Source of the DNA: Convolutriloba macropyga
Taxonomy: Eukaryota
Reading direction: 5' to 3'
Length of the DNA stretch: 64,000 nt
NCBI RefSeq assembly: GCF_964194025.1
Contig: NC_134479.1
Span: 40,858,001-40,922,000 of the forward strand
Numbering within the stretch: the first letter of the stretch is position 1; each line of letters begins with the position of its first letter. A program made the position numbers and the translations under genes. Below the pieces are notes generated by a model. That model saw only the letters and a program-made list of their open reading frames with translations. It was not told where the DNA came from and searched no databases. Of this stretch, positions 1-11,982 are shown piece by piece.

Positions 1-2609
1 TTGTTGAGAGTTTTTTGTTTAATTGCTTTAACTGTTTTTCTGCTAGCCATCTGTTGTTTGGTAACTTGGCGTTTTCCTTCCAAAGAAGGCCTATTTCGTA
101 GTGACCATCAGAGAAGTTTGTAGTCGACTCAAGGATTTGCAGAGCTTTTTCATCATTTTTAGACATAGCCCTTTTTGATGAAGCTATATGGTAGTTCTCA
201 ATTTTCATCCACTGTTGTACTTTTGTGAAAAGTTCATTGTATAGATGAGGATGAGAGTTGATTTGTGTTTTGAACACTGGATTCTGTTCGTCTGCTGTGA
301 CGCTAGTTTTACCTGCACATGTCCATCCTAGAGGAGTTTCTACAGCCCAGGGCGTGTTTTCTGGGCCTTTAATCACCTTACTGTAATGGATCAGTTCCAG
401 ATTGTCGATGCCGATGATTATTGAGACTTTATTTTCATCAACATTAGGGAACGAAATGTGATTGAGATGTTCAAATTTCTTGCAAAGCTTGTTCAGCTCA
501 TTAGTGTTAACAGGGTTCATATTCAAATCGGGTACTGCCAAGACTTCGTTTACAAGGACTGGTGTCTTATTAGATTGATAAGGTTTAATTTTTAAAGACA
601 CTGGAGAACAATCTATTTCTTTTGTTGTGTGGTAGCCACTAATAGGCATCTTGCCAAAAGTGTTCATATCAATAGCTAGAATCAGAGCTGCGGATTGGAG
701 GAAGAGGCTCTGGCAACTTCCGTTTTCGAGATAAGCATATGTCTCAAACGTTTTCTCCCCGTTAGACAGTTGAACTGGTAAGAAAGCAACTTGACCTGTG
801 CCATGCAGTTGAACCGATTTAACTGTTGAAGAGGGTCGGATTCCTTGATTTTTTGCAATGAAGTTTTCATGGAGCATTGTGTGGTGCTTTTTGCCGCAGT
901 CTGCAGAGCGAAAAACATTTTTTGATGTGCATTGTTGTACATGGTGACTACCAAAACAGTTGAAACATAGTTTCAATTTTTTCACGTGTTCTCGTCTCTC
1001 GAGTGGAGACAGATCTTGGAAATGAGAACATTTGTATAAATACTGACAGCTACCGTTGTTTGGACAAACGACATCTTTCGCAGAGCTTGGTTGAAAGCTA
1101 TTTGACGGGTTTGTGCGTTGATCTTGGTGTGATCTGTTGGACGGACGGTTGAATTGGGTTTGGAGATTCGATTGCTTCCAAAGCTGGTTAGAGGCCTTTG
1201 AATGAGTGCTTGGAGGTTGAGCTGATGCACAAGAGGTGGGTAAATCTCTACAAGCCTTCGCATAGATTAGAAGCCACTCCGAAAGCTCTCTCAGAGATGG
1301 TTGAAGTAAACTTCTTTCCAAAGCGTGCTTATTCCATTCCAAGCGGACTGGTGTTGGAAGCTTGTTTAAGGCTTGATTGACATTTGTAGTGGAATGTATG
1401 TCATGGTTGAATCCAAGTTGCTGAAATGTGTCCACAAGGGTTAAAAGGAAAGCAGAGAACTGCGTGTAACTGTCTGGGATTGTCAGGTTAGGGGGTCTAA
1501 AATGTGACAGTTTTTCGAGGAAGGCATTGACAATCCTGTTCGGATTACCAAAATGTTCTTCCAGACGTGCTAAAGCCGGTGCGTACAGACTGCCATTGCA
1601 GCCATAGCCGTCAACCAGTGCTTTTGCTTCTCCAATCAGGAGCGATTGCAGATGAATCATTTTTTTCTGCAGAGGACATTGGAGAACGATCAATTGTTGC
1701 TTGAAACACACTGAACCACTTTAACCAACTTAATGGATCTCCATCAAACTTTGTTGCCTGTAACTTCGGAACCGATTTCTGAAAACGATGTACTGTAAAG
1801 GATGGTTGCGAAGTTCTGATTGGCGGATTTAAAGAAGAAGTTTGAGCCGCCTGATGAGAAACATGGAATGAGGGAAATGCGCCGTCGATTTTTGCGGAAG
1901 TGGAATTGAAGCCACCAGAGGTAACTCCAGACAAGGCATTGTTGATGGTGCTGGTGTCTGATACGTCAGCAGATGTGGTGGTGAGTTGTTGCGACAAATT
2001 TGCCGGCGGCAAAATTGTGTTTGAATCTCCCATTAAGCTACTGGGTGCAGCATTGTTAAGGAAGGATTCACTGTAAGAACGGTATTCAGCGGGTGCTGAG
2101 AAAATGTTGGTCGTTAGGGATGCCTCAGTATGAGTTTGATAACTGCTGTTTTCAAAGGTTACCCTCGGGATGTTGTTTGTTTGGTTGCTTTGTGTTGCGG
2201 ACACAAGTTCCTTTTTGTATTTTCGGTATGCGGAAGTAATCTTCCGTATCTTGAATTTGAGTTTGCTCAAATGGGAGCATAGAGTTTCTGCACCAGATGA
2301 TGGTGCTTTGTCTAAAAGTTCTTGAATTGTAACTTCGTACTTCTCCTGAAGTTCCTTGATTTCAAGGAGAGTTTCTTCGACTGTTTCTGAGTCCTCGCCG
2401 CAGTCGATGCCGGATGTAATAAATTCGATGCACGACTCGATTTCACTTTCGTACATCAACTTTAAGTTGGTCAGACGTTTTAAATGGGGATCTTCAGAGA
2501 CCTGCTCGTGACTTTCGGTGTTGTCGTCTGAGTATTGTGTCTGCGAATTTGAGGAGATCATTGTTTGGTTGTTACTTTCTGTGGATTTTCCAGTTCTAGT
2601 AAAAACCAT
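1..2609 (-). pseudogene. BEL/Pao gag-protease, copy A (same frameshift; 14-aa in-frame deletion)
   Basis: ATG at 2609. Same A7 frameshift near 1660-1666. Lacks most of LPTVGIVPQTPTSMSSC present in copy B. Confidence 0.85.
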
Positions 2610-2691
2610 TGATTTTGACCGGTCTAACAAAGACAGCTTCTTTCTTCGAAGCGCTACGTAATTTTTTTAGCAAGTCTGTTAGAAACTGCAA

Positions 2692-3082
2692 AACCTACCT
2701 GGTAAACCTACCTGAATACCTAAAAACCTACTAGATACCTACCTGAAACCTAACCAGAGACCAAATTGAAAACTACCTGAAAAAAAAACTAGCTGAATAC
2801 CTAAAATCTACCAAATACCTACCTGGACCTACCTGCAACCTAACTGAAACCTACTCAATAACCTACCGGATACCACTGAAACCTACCTTATACCACCAGA
2901 GGAACCTACCTGAAAACCTAACCGATTACTTTAAAAAAAACCCTACCTGGATATGCCTACCTGAAACCTACCTGCAACCTACCTGATGTGTATTCAATAA
3001 CCTACCAGATACCACTTAAACCTACCTGATAACACCAGAGAAAGCTACCTGAACAACCGAAACCTACCTGAATACCCTACCA
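2692..3082 (-). repeat. Degenerate ACCTACCTGA (minus strand TCAGGTAGGT) array upstream of gag, with an internal ~140-bp repeat
   Basis: Many acctacct(g) units; block 2828-2916 resembles 2968-3055. Confidence 0.8.
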
Positions 3083-4102
3083 ATGCCGACTCTACATAGC
3101 ATTTGGAAAAAATATATAGTTCAGAATAAGGTCGTTGTTTTTCCGGACATAAAAACAAAAAGAATGCTGTTTAAACATGTTTGGTGCGCTCGTGTGTGTT
3201 ACGCTCGTTTCGTAAAATTGGGAACGGATATTAAAGCGCTCGGTCGGAATTACCGGAAAATGCAAGAAAATAAAATTGTTGAAACATCGAATTTTTGTCA
3301 GTAATTTTTGGTCATATCCGGAAAAAATTCTCAGGCTGCAAGAAAGGGGTGAATAATCAAACGGGCGAAAAAATAACAGGGAAAGATAAATAATATTGAA
3401 ATAAGAAAGCCCAGTTAAATATTTGAAGCTCGTCTCGTGATGGAATGGGTGTTCTCCCGGGTGTTGGATGGGATGGGTATTTTTCTAAAATTTCCTTCTC
3501 TACCCTTTTTACGAGAAAAAAATTCTTCGAGAAGGAAATTTTAGTTCCTTTGTCTTTTTCGTTAGGCGTCAGAATGTCACATTGGCCGCCTTAAGTATAC
3601 TCAGGAAATCATTTTGCTTATTGGAATTAATAATGATGATACAAGCGTTTAAGATAAATAAATCAGTTCTCAGTTTTTTAGTTTTTTGTGTGTTGAAATT
3701 CGACTGCTTTTCTTTGCTTCCTTTTGTTTTTTCACTTCTTCTCTTAACCATTGAAGGTCTGTTTTGGGCAAAGATCCATAATAGTGCATAGATGTTCTCT
3801 AATTAATTGGGCATCAATGATGTATTGATGACATCTTTTTATTTCCTTAAAATTGCAACATACAGCATTGCAATTCAGTTGTGTTTGAAATCGGCAGTGA
3901 TCAAATAATTGTGGTGTCACATTCTTAAATAAAGAAAAAAAATCGGGTTGGATTCTTGCCTTGTTTGTGCGAAATTTTTTATTAGATTTGGAATCAACTG
4001 CTAAACCAAAGGCCCAGGTACATTGGCGGTATTTTGATGTTCGGTTTATTGTTTCTAAACCTTAAGCCTTGATTGAAGGTCTGTTTTTCATAGTATAAAT
4101 AC

Positions 4103-7100
4103 TCAGCGGACTGGTGTTGGAAGCTTGTTTAAGGCTTGATTGACATTTGTAGTGGAATGTATGTCATGGTTGAATCCAAGTTGCTGAAATGTGTCCACAA
4201 GGGTTAATCCTAATATGACTCCCACAAGATTACTCAACAAATCGGGTCCCTTCAAAAGGTTTGATTTCAAGGATTGACCTTGAAAAACACTGGATGCATT
4301 GGTGACTCTCCTGATTTTTCCGGGTTTGTTTTCATTTGAAACGGGATGATGAGGAAGATAAGAACATGCTGTTTCTTTGTCTGTAGCTGGATCAACTTTG
4401 ACAACATAACCATTGTGAAGATCTTTCTGGAGCGTCTCCTCGTACTTACTTTGTAGATCTGGTTTTGTTGAGAGTTTTTTGTTTAATTGCTTTAACTGTT
4501 TTTCTGCTAGCCATCTGTTGTTTGGTAACTTGGCGTTTTCCTTCCAAAGAAGGCCTATTTCGTAGTGACCATCAGAGAAGTTTGTAGTCGACTCAAGGAT
4601 TTGCAGAGCTTTTTCATCATTTTTAGACATAGCCCTTTTTGATGAAGCTATATGGTAGTTCTCAATTTTCATCCACTGTTGTACTTTTGTGAAAAGTTCA
4701 TTGTATAGATGAGGATGAGAGTTGATTTGTGTTTTGAACACTGGATTCTGTTCGTCTGCTGTGACGCTAGTTTTACCTGCACATGTCCATCCTAGAGGAG
4801 TTTCTACAGCCCAGGGCGTGTTTTCTGGGCTTTTAATCACCTTACTGTAATGGATCAGTTCCAGATTGTCGATGCCGATGATTATTGAGACTTTATTTTC
4901 ATCAACATTAGGGAACGAAATGTGATTGAGATGTTCAAATTTCTTGCAAAGCTTGTTCAGCTCATTAGTGTTAACAGGGTTCATATTCAAATCGGGTACT
5001 GCCAAGACTTCGTTTACAAGGACTGGTGTCTTATTAGATTGATAAGGTTTAATTTTTAAAGACACTGGAGAACAATCTATTTCTTTTGTTGTGTGGTAGC
5101 CACTAATAGGCATCTTGCCAAAAGTGTTCATATCAATACCTAGAATCAGAGCTGCGGATTGGAGGAAGAGGCTCTGGCAACTTCCGTTTTCGAGATAAGC
5201 ATATGTCTCAAACGTTTTCTCCCCGTTAGACAGTTGAACTGGTAAGAAAGCAACTTGACCTGTGCCATGCAGTTGAACCGATTTAACTGTTGAAGAGGGT
5301 CGGATTCCTTGATTTTTTGCAATGAAGTTTTCATGGAGCATTGTGTGGTGCTTTTTGCCGCAGTCTGCAGAGCGAAAAACATTTTTTGATGTGCATTGTT
5401 GTACATGGTGACTACCAAAACAGTTGAAACATAGTTTCAATTTTTTCACGTGTTCTCGTCTCTCGAGTGGAGACAGATCTTGGAAATGAGAACATTTGTA
5501 TAAATACTGACAGCTACCGTTGTTTGGACAAACGACATCTTTCGCAGAGCTTGGTTGAAAGCTATTTGACGGGTTTGTGCGTTGATCTTGGTGTGATCTG
5601 TTGGACGGACGGTTGAATTGGGTTTGGAGATTCGATTGCTTCCAAAGCTGGTTAGAGGCCTTTGAATGAGTGCTTGGAGGTTGAGCTGATGCACAAGAGG
5701 TGGGTAAATCTCTACAAGCCTTCGCATAGATTAGAAGCCACTCCGAAAGCTCTCTCAGAGATGGTTGAAGTAAACTTCTTTCCAAAGCGTGCTTATTCCA
5801 TTCCAAGCGGACTGGTGTTGGAAACTTGTTTAAGGCTTGATTGACATTTGTAGTGGAATGTATGTCATGGTTGAATCCAAGTTGCTGAAATGTGTCCACA
5901 AGGGTTAAAAGGAAAGCAGAGAACTGCGTGTAACTGTCTGGGATTGTCAGGTTAGGGGGTCTAAAATGTGACAGTTTTTCGAGGAAGGCATTGACAATCC
6001 TGTTCGGATTACCAAAATGTTCTTCCAGACGTGCTAAAGCGGGTGCGTACAGACTGCCATTGCAGCCATAGCCGCCAACCAGTGCTTTTGCTTCTCCAAT
6101 CAGGAGCGATTGCAGATGAATCATTTTTTTCTGCAGAGGACATTGGAGAACGATCAATTGTTGCTTGAAACACACTGAACCACTTTAACCAACTTAATGG
6201 ATCTCCATCAAACTTTGTTGCCTGTAACTTCGGAACCGATTTCTGAAAACAAGAAGACATTGAGGTAGGAGTCTGAGGCACAATACCAACTGTTGGAAGT
6301 GTAAAGGATGGTTGCGAAGTTCTGATTGGCGGATTTAAAGAAGAAGTTTGAGCCGCCTGATGAGAAACATGGAATGAGGGAAATGCGCCGTCGATTTTTG
6401 CGGAAGTGGAATTGAAGCCACCAGAGGTAACTCCAGACAAGGCATTGTTGATGGTGCTGGTGTCTGATACGTCAGCAGATGTGGTGGTGAGTTGTTGCGA
6501 CAAATTTGCCGGCGGCAAAATTGTGTTTGAATCTCCCATTAAGCTACTGGGTGCAGCATTGTTAAGGAAGGATTCACTGTAAGAACGGTATTCAGCGGGT
6601 GCTGAGAAAATGTTGGTCGTTAGGGATGCCTCAGTATGAGTTTGATAACTGCTGTTTTCAAAGGTTACCCTCGGGATGTTATTTGTTTGGTTGCTTTGTG
6701 TTGCGGACACAAGTTCCTTTTTGTATTTTCGGTATGCGGAAGTAATCTTCCGTATCTTGAATTTGAGTTTGCTCAAATGGGAGCATAGAGTTTCTGCATC
6801 AGATGATGGTGCTTTGTCTAAAAGTTCTTGAATTGTAACTTCGTACTTCTCCTGAAGTTCCTTGATTTCAAGGAGAGTTTCTTCGACTGTTTCTGAGTCC
6901 TCGCCGCAGTCGATGCCGGATGTAATAAATTCGATGCACGACTCGATTTCACTTTCGTACATCAACTTTAAGTTGGTCAGACGTTTTAAATGGGGATCTT
7001 CAGAGACCTGCTCGTGACTTTCGGTGTTGTCGTCTGAGTATTGTGTCTGCGAATTTGAGGAGATCATTGTTTGGTTGTTACTTTCTGTGGATTTTCCAGT

Positions 7101-7115
7101 TCTAGTAAAAACCAT
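4103..7115 (-). pseudogene. BEL/Pao gag-protease-partial RT polyprotein, frameshifted and truncated
   Basis: ATG at 7115 (MVFTRTGKST). An A7 run at 6124-6130 shifts SSAEK|MIHLQSLL between ORFs 6009-7136 and 4103-6175. The protease motif reads LENGS instead of LD(S/N)GS. Confidence 0.85.
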
Positions 7116-8612
7116 TGATTTTGACCGGTCTAACAAAGACAGCTTCTTTCTTCGAAGCGCTACGAAATTTTTTCAGCAAGTCTGTTAGAAACTGCAAAAC
7201 CTACCTGGTAAACCTACCTGAATACCTAAAAACCTACTAGATACCTACCTGAAACCTAACCAGAGACCAAATTGAAAACTACCTGAAAAAAAACTAGCTG
7301 AATACCTAAAATCTACCAAATACCTACCTGGACCTACCTGCAACCTAACTGAAACCTACTCAATAACCTACCGGATACCACTGAAACCTACCTTATACCA
7401 CCAGAGGAACCTACCTGAAAACCTAACCGATTACTTTAAAAAAAACCCTACCTGGATATGCCTACCTGAAACCTACCTGCAACCTACCTGATGTGTATTC
7501 AATAACCTACCAGATACCACTTAAACCTACCTGATAACACCAGAGAAAGCTACCTGAACAACCGAAACCTACCTGAATACCCTACCAATGCCGACTCTAC
7601 ATAGCATTTGGAAAAAATATATAGTTCAGAATAAGGTCGTTGTTTTTCCGGACATAAAAACAAAAAGAATGCTGTTTAAACATGTTTGGTGCGCTCGTGT
7701 GTGTTACGCTCGTTTCGTAAAATTGGGAACGGATATTAAAGCGCTCGGTCGGAATTACCGGAAAATGCAAGAAAATAAAATTGTTGAAACATCGAATTTT
7801 TGTCAGTAATTTTTGGTCATATCCGGAAAAAATTCTCAGGCTGCAAGAAAGGGGTGAATAATCAAACGGGCGAAAAAATAACAGGGAAAGATAAATAATA
7901 TTGAAATAAGAAAGCCCAGTTAAATATTTGAAGCTCGTCTCGTGATGGAATGGGTGTTCTCCCGGGTGTTGGATGGGATGGGTATTTTTCTAAAATTTCC
8001 TTCTCTACCCTTTTTACGAGAAAAAAATTCTTCGAGAAGGAAATTTTAGTTCCTTTGTCTTTTTCGTATGGCGTCAGAATGTCACATTGGCCGCCTTAAG
8101 TATACTCAGGAAATCATTTTGCTTATTGGAATTAATAATGATGATACAAGCGTTTAAGATAAATAAATCAGTTCTCAGTTTTTTAGTTTTTTGTGTGTTG
8201 AAATTCGACTGCTTTTCTTTGCTTCCTTTTGTTTTTTCACTTCTTCTCTTAACCATTGAAGGTCTGTTTTGGGCAAAGATCCATAATAGTGCATAGATGT
8301 TCTCTAATTAATTGGGCATCAATGATGTATTGATGATATCTTTTTATTTCCTTAAAATTGCAACATACAGCATTGCAATTCAGTTGTGTTTGAAATCGGC
8401 AGTGATCAAATAATTGTGGTGTCACATTCTTAAATAAAGAAAAAAAATCGGGTTGGATTCTTGCCTTGTTTGTGCGAAATTTTTTATTAGATTTGGAATC
8501 AACTGCTAAACCAAAGGCCCAGGTACATTGGCGGTATTTTGATGTTCGGTTTATTGTTTCTAAACCTTAAGCCTTGATTGAAGGTGTTGTTTTTCATAGT
8601 ATAAATACTCAG
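4107..8612 (-). mobile_element. BEL/Pao LTR-retrotransposon-derived unit, copy B (truncated within RT; no RNase H or integrase)
   Basis: The 690-aa ORF shows BEL hallmarks: CFNCFGSHHVQQC and CGKKHHTMLH knuckles, protease YAYLENGS, ETPLGW, GHYEIGLLWK, YLPHHPV..KPGKIRRV..AS, NLLKGPDLL. It then breaks off. Confidence 0.9.
7198..7587 (-). repeat. Second copy of the ACCTACCTGA array
   Basis: Duplicate of 2692-3082. Confidence 0.8.
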
Positions 8613-9217
8613 AGAGATTAACCCGGGTCGAGTCCGAATGGTTATCTTGTAAGAACTTGCAAGTTTCTGGCAGAAACTTACAAGGCGATGCATCGCCTTG
8701 CAAGTTTTTCTTCCAAAAACTTGCAAGTTCTTACAAGATAACCATTCGACTTGCAAGTTCTTACAAGTTAACCATTCGACTTACAAGGCTCTTACAAGTT
8801 AACCATTCGACTTACAAGGCTCTTTCAAGTTAACCATTTGACTTACAAGGCTCTTACAAGATAACCCTTCATCTTGCGAATGTTTGTCTTGTAAGAACTC
8901 GCAAGTTTCTGGCAGAAACTTACAAGGCGATGCATCGCCTTGCAAGTTTTTCTGCCAGAAACTTGCAAGTTCTTACAAGATAACCATTCTGCATATGCTG
9001 TAAAAAAACTGTAAAACGTCGCAAGATATGAATGTACACATATTCTGCGCATCGACAAAAGAACAAAAAATCATCAAAATTATTAATCTAAAGCATCAGA
9101 AAAGGTGTTCTTCATCTTCTTTTTTTTTTCATTTCCTTTTTCAATTTTCTTGATTTTTTTTTTCAAATTTTTTGATTTTCTTGGGTTTTTCTCTCTGTTT
9201 TCTTGGGTTGAATGAAG

Positions 9218-9294
9218 ATGGGTTGCCGATGGGTTGCCAATGGGCTGACGATGGGTTGCCAATGGGCTGACGATGGGTTGCCAATGGGTTGTCG
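9218..9294. repeat. 11-bp minisatellite (atgggttgcca / atgggctgacg)
   Basis: About 7 tandem units seen directly. Confidence 0.85.
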
Positions 9295-9327
9295 AAGTCC
9301 TGGCTATAACAAAGAGAAATTTTTCAT

Positions 9328-9485
9328 NNNNNNNNNNNNNNNNNNNNNNNNNNNNNNNNNNNNNNNNNNNNNNNNNNNNNNNNNNNNNNNNNNNNNNNNN
9401 NNNNNNNNNNNNNNNNNNNNNNNNNNNNNNNNNNNNNNNNNNNNNNNNNNNNNNNNNNNNNNNNNNNNNNNNNNNNNNNNNNNNN
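9328..9485. other. Assembly gap
   Basis: Run of N. Confidence 1.
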
Positions 9486-10357
9486 ATTCAACGATGAAAG
9501 TACAAAGAAAAAGATTCAAGTGATAATTTTTAATTATTTTTTCATAAAATGGCAGAGAACAATAACAAATTTTTTATTATTATTTTAACCACGCGCAAAG
9601 GTTCTTAATATGGACCAACATACTCTTCTCAACTTCTTCTCAATAAAAATTAATCAAGTCAGAAACTTTGAACAGTCAAAATTTTTGGGAATTTTTGTCT
9701 CTAGTGCAGCTTAAGAGGAGTCCTTTTTCGTCAAATGAACATAAATTCAAGAAACTTTGATATAACTGCCAATAATTGTTTATAAAATTAATCAAAATTT
9801 CGGTTTTCAGAGTGTTTTTCAGTTTGGACTGAAACTTACAAGTTAACCATTCGACTTGCAAGTTCTTACAAGTTAACCATTCGACTTGCAAGTTCTTACA
9901 AGATGACCATTCACTTGCAAGTTCTTACAAGTTAACCATTTTTTGCAAGAAACTTGCAAGTTCTTACAAGATAACCATTCGGACTCGACCCGGGAAGGTT
10001 CGGAGTTCAATAATACAAATTCCAAAATGTATTTAAAATAAATCTGTTCGATATTATTGAAAAGTATTCATAGGCCCTATACAAAGTTTTTTGTGCATAA
10101 AATTAGATTATTTTTGTTAACATCAAACTTAAATGAAAAATTACCCTTCTTTCATTAACGTGAAATAGTTGGCGCAGGTTTTTTTTAATTTTAGTTCTTC
10201 TTACATAAAAAAGCGGAAATTTTTTTTGAACACAACGAAAGGTCATGAGTGTCTTGCTTGTAAAAACAACTTAGAACTTACATGTCAAAATGATATTCAA
10301 AAAAGTTTTTAACGAGACCACAAGAGTTGCATAATATACCAGCTTATATTGATTACG

Positions 10358-11982
10358 CCGCCGAGGTATACCCAAATCGTCAGGGGCAAATTTTGTATCT
10401 GTTGTTCGTTTTTCCTATGTCAATAAATTGAAAATGCAACAATAATGCAAAAAATAGATAGAAAAACGGGCAAAATTGAAGGAGATTGCGCAACCCGTGA
10501 TAGCAAAAGTGTCCAAATTTTGTCCACGAATTTGAGATACAAGCTGTGTATCCTATTTTTCCCGCGCGACGTATCACGAATCTGATCGGCTTGAGTATAA
10601 TTTTTCGAACGTAAAGTAGCTCTATTTCGCACTGATTTTATCTAATTTTCGCGCTGACTGTATACCTAATCCGCAATTAAGCCTAATTTAAGGCGCGTTT
10701 TTTTAATTGATAGCAATTAAGAGATTAAAAGCGGCTTACAGGTTAATAATATAAAATATAGGGCTTAAATTTATCAAAACCTACATTATCTACCTTTTTA
10801 GGGATTTTATCAAAAAATTTGACAAATTAATTGATTTCTGAAACATATCTGTTTCTTTCAGGGTAATGAAAAATTAAAATAACATTAGCTGGTATTCTTG
10901 ATCCAATATTCTGAAAAATTCTTAAATTTCAACTTTTTGTATTCTCTAATTTTGAATTGGCTATTTCATTAAAAATTTAGAATTTAGGGAATATTTTCTG
11001 TCTAAAAAACGAAGGTTTGCACTAGCAACCTAATAATTCCTTTTATTTGTCCATATCAAGAGACGGTTGGACGGAGAGAAATTTCGCTAAAAAATCACAG
11101 GTGAACTGATTACTGTTTTTTGCTAATATTAATATTTTGTTTTGCTAAATCTGATTGAATGAGTGATTTGATTTTGCATTCAGCACATGAATTTCTATGT
11201 TGAAATTGTTTAATATTTGTGCGTCTATTTACAGTTTTACAGTTGTCAAGCACTTTTTCTGAAAAACCCTCAATTCTGCGTCGGTTTTGGATGTCAATTA
11301 TTTTTTTTTGAAAAACTCGTTCTTTGCTCGACCGCTTTTTGCGTCTTTTCAAAGGATGACTGGGGTCGATAAGTTTTTTAATCATCTTTTTATTGCTTCT
11401 ATTTACAGGTTTACAGATGTCTATAATTTCTTTGCAACTAATTACACGTTTTCAGGGGTCAAATAATTTCCTGTGTGAAACGCTCCATTCTGCTCTCTCT
11501 CCCCCCTCTCTCTATAAATGAGTCTCGAAAATATTAATTTCAGAAGCAGAAAAGTGGTGTATAATACTTATAAAATGACTTCAACTAAAAAAACATTTAA
11601 AACAAAAATCAGAATAAATATATTTTGTAGCGTCGTGAATTAACATCATTAAGTCATTTTAAAACCCTCAAATTCATTTTGCTTGCTCAATTAATGAAGC
11701 GCTAATTTATTTTTGCGTGCTCAAAAGCGCGCATTTAATTAGGACCAATTGCGAATTAGAGATAAATTTATTGCGAAAAATAGATGCCTAAAAAAGCGAA
11801 AACGTGCTACAAGACGTGTCCCCTATTTTACTATTTTGAAGTATCTCAATTTTGCAAACACGGCGTAAGCTCTTTTGAGAAAAATAAGGTAGAAAGCTTG
11901 TCTCCTAATTTCGTCATTTTATGTATCTGTTTTTCGCGCGATTTCTACTAACGCTGAATTTTTGGTGTATACCTGTGCGTCG
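10358..11982. mobile_element. Old foldback/MITE-like element with long degenerate inverted arms
   Basis: cctaatccgcaattaagcctaatttaaggcgcg (~10665) matches the reverse complement of 11727-11760. aggtatacccaaa (~10363) matches tttggtgtatacct (~11960). ttgagatac and gtatctcaa also pair. Confidence 0.55.

Larger units (their letters stand above)
1..4106 (-). mobile_element. BEL/Pao LTR-retrotransposon-derived unit, copy A (runs off window start)
   Basis: Near-identical to 4465-8612 (offset 4464, rising to about 4505 after a 42-bp indel). Encodes a gag with a DUF1759-like motif (KFDGDPLSWLKWF), Cys/His knuckles and the protease region. Confidence 0.9.
8622..9994. mobile_element. Non-autonomous TIR DNA transposon, CACTA/CMC-like (CCC...GGG termini, 2-bp AA TSD)
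   Basis: Perfect TIR of more than 40 bp (cccgggtcgagtccgaatggttatcttgtaagaacttgcaag at 8622, reverse complement ending 9994). Flanked by AA on both sides. About 30-bp subterminal tandem repeats at both ends. Contains an N gap. Confidence 0.8.

Noticed and set aside
682-1380. Short ORFs overlapping the BEL polyprotein (and antisense ORFs over the LINE, DIMT1 and LACTB)
   Set aside because: Alternative-frame or antisense shadows of real coding sequence.
3085-4100. LTR and primer-binding site of the BEL element
   Set aside because: No convincing TG...CA LTR pair or tRNA-complementary PBS could be identified by eye.
6120-6135. Programmed ribosomal frameshift at the A7 run
   Set aside because: It needs a +1 shift in the middle of a gag domain, whereas BEL/Pao elements usually have one ORF. 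A homopolymer insertion in a dead copy is simpler.
9212-9523. ORFs spanning N runs (also 16338-16631)
   Set aside because: Artefacts of assembly gaps.
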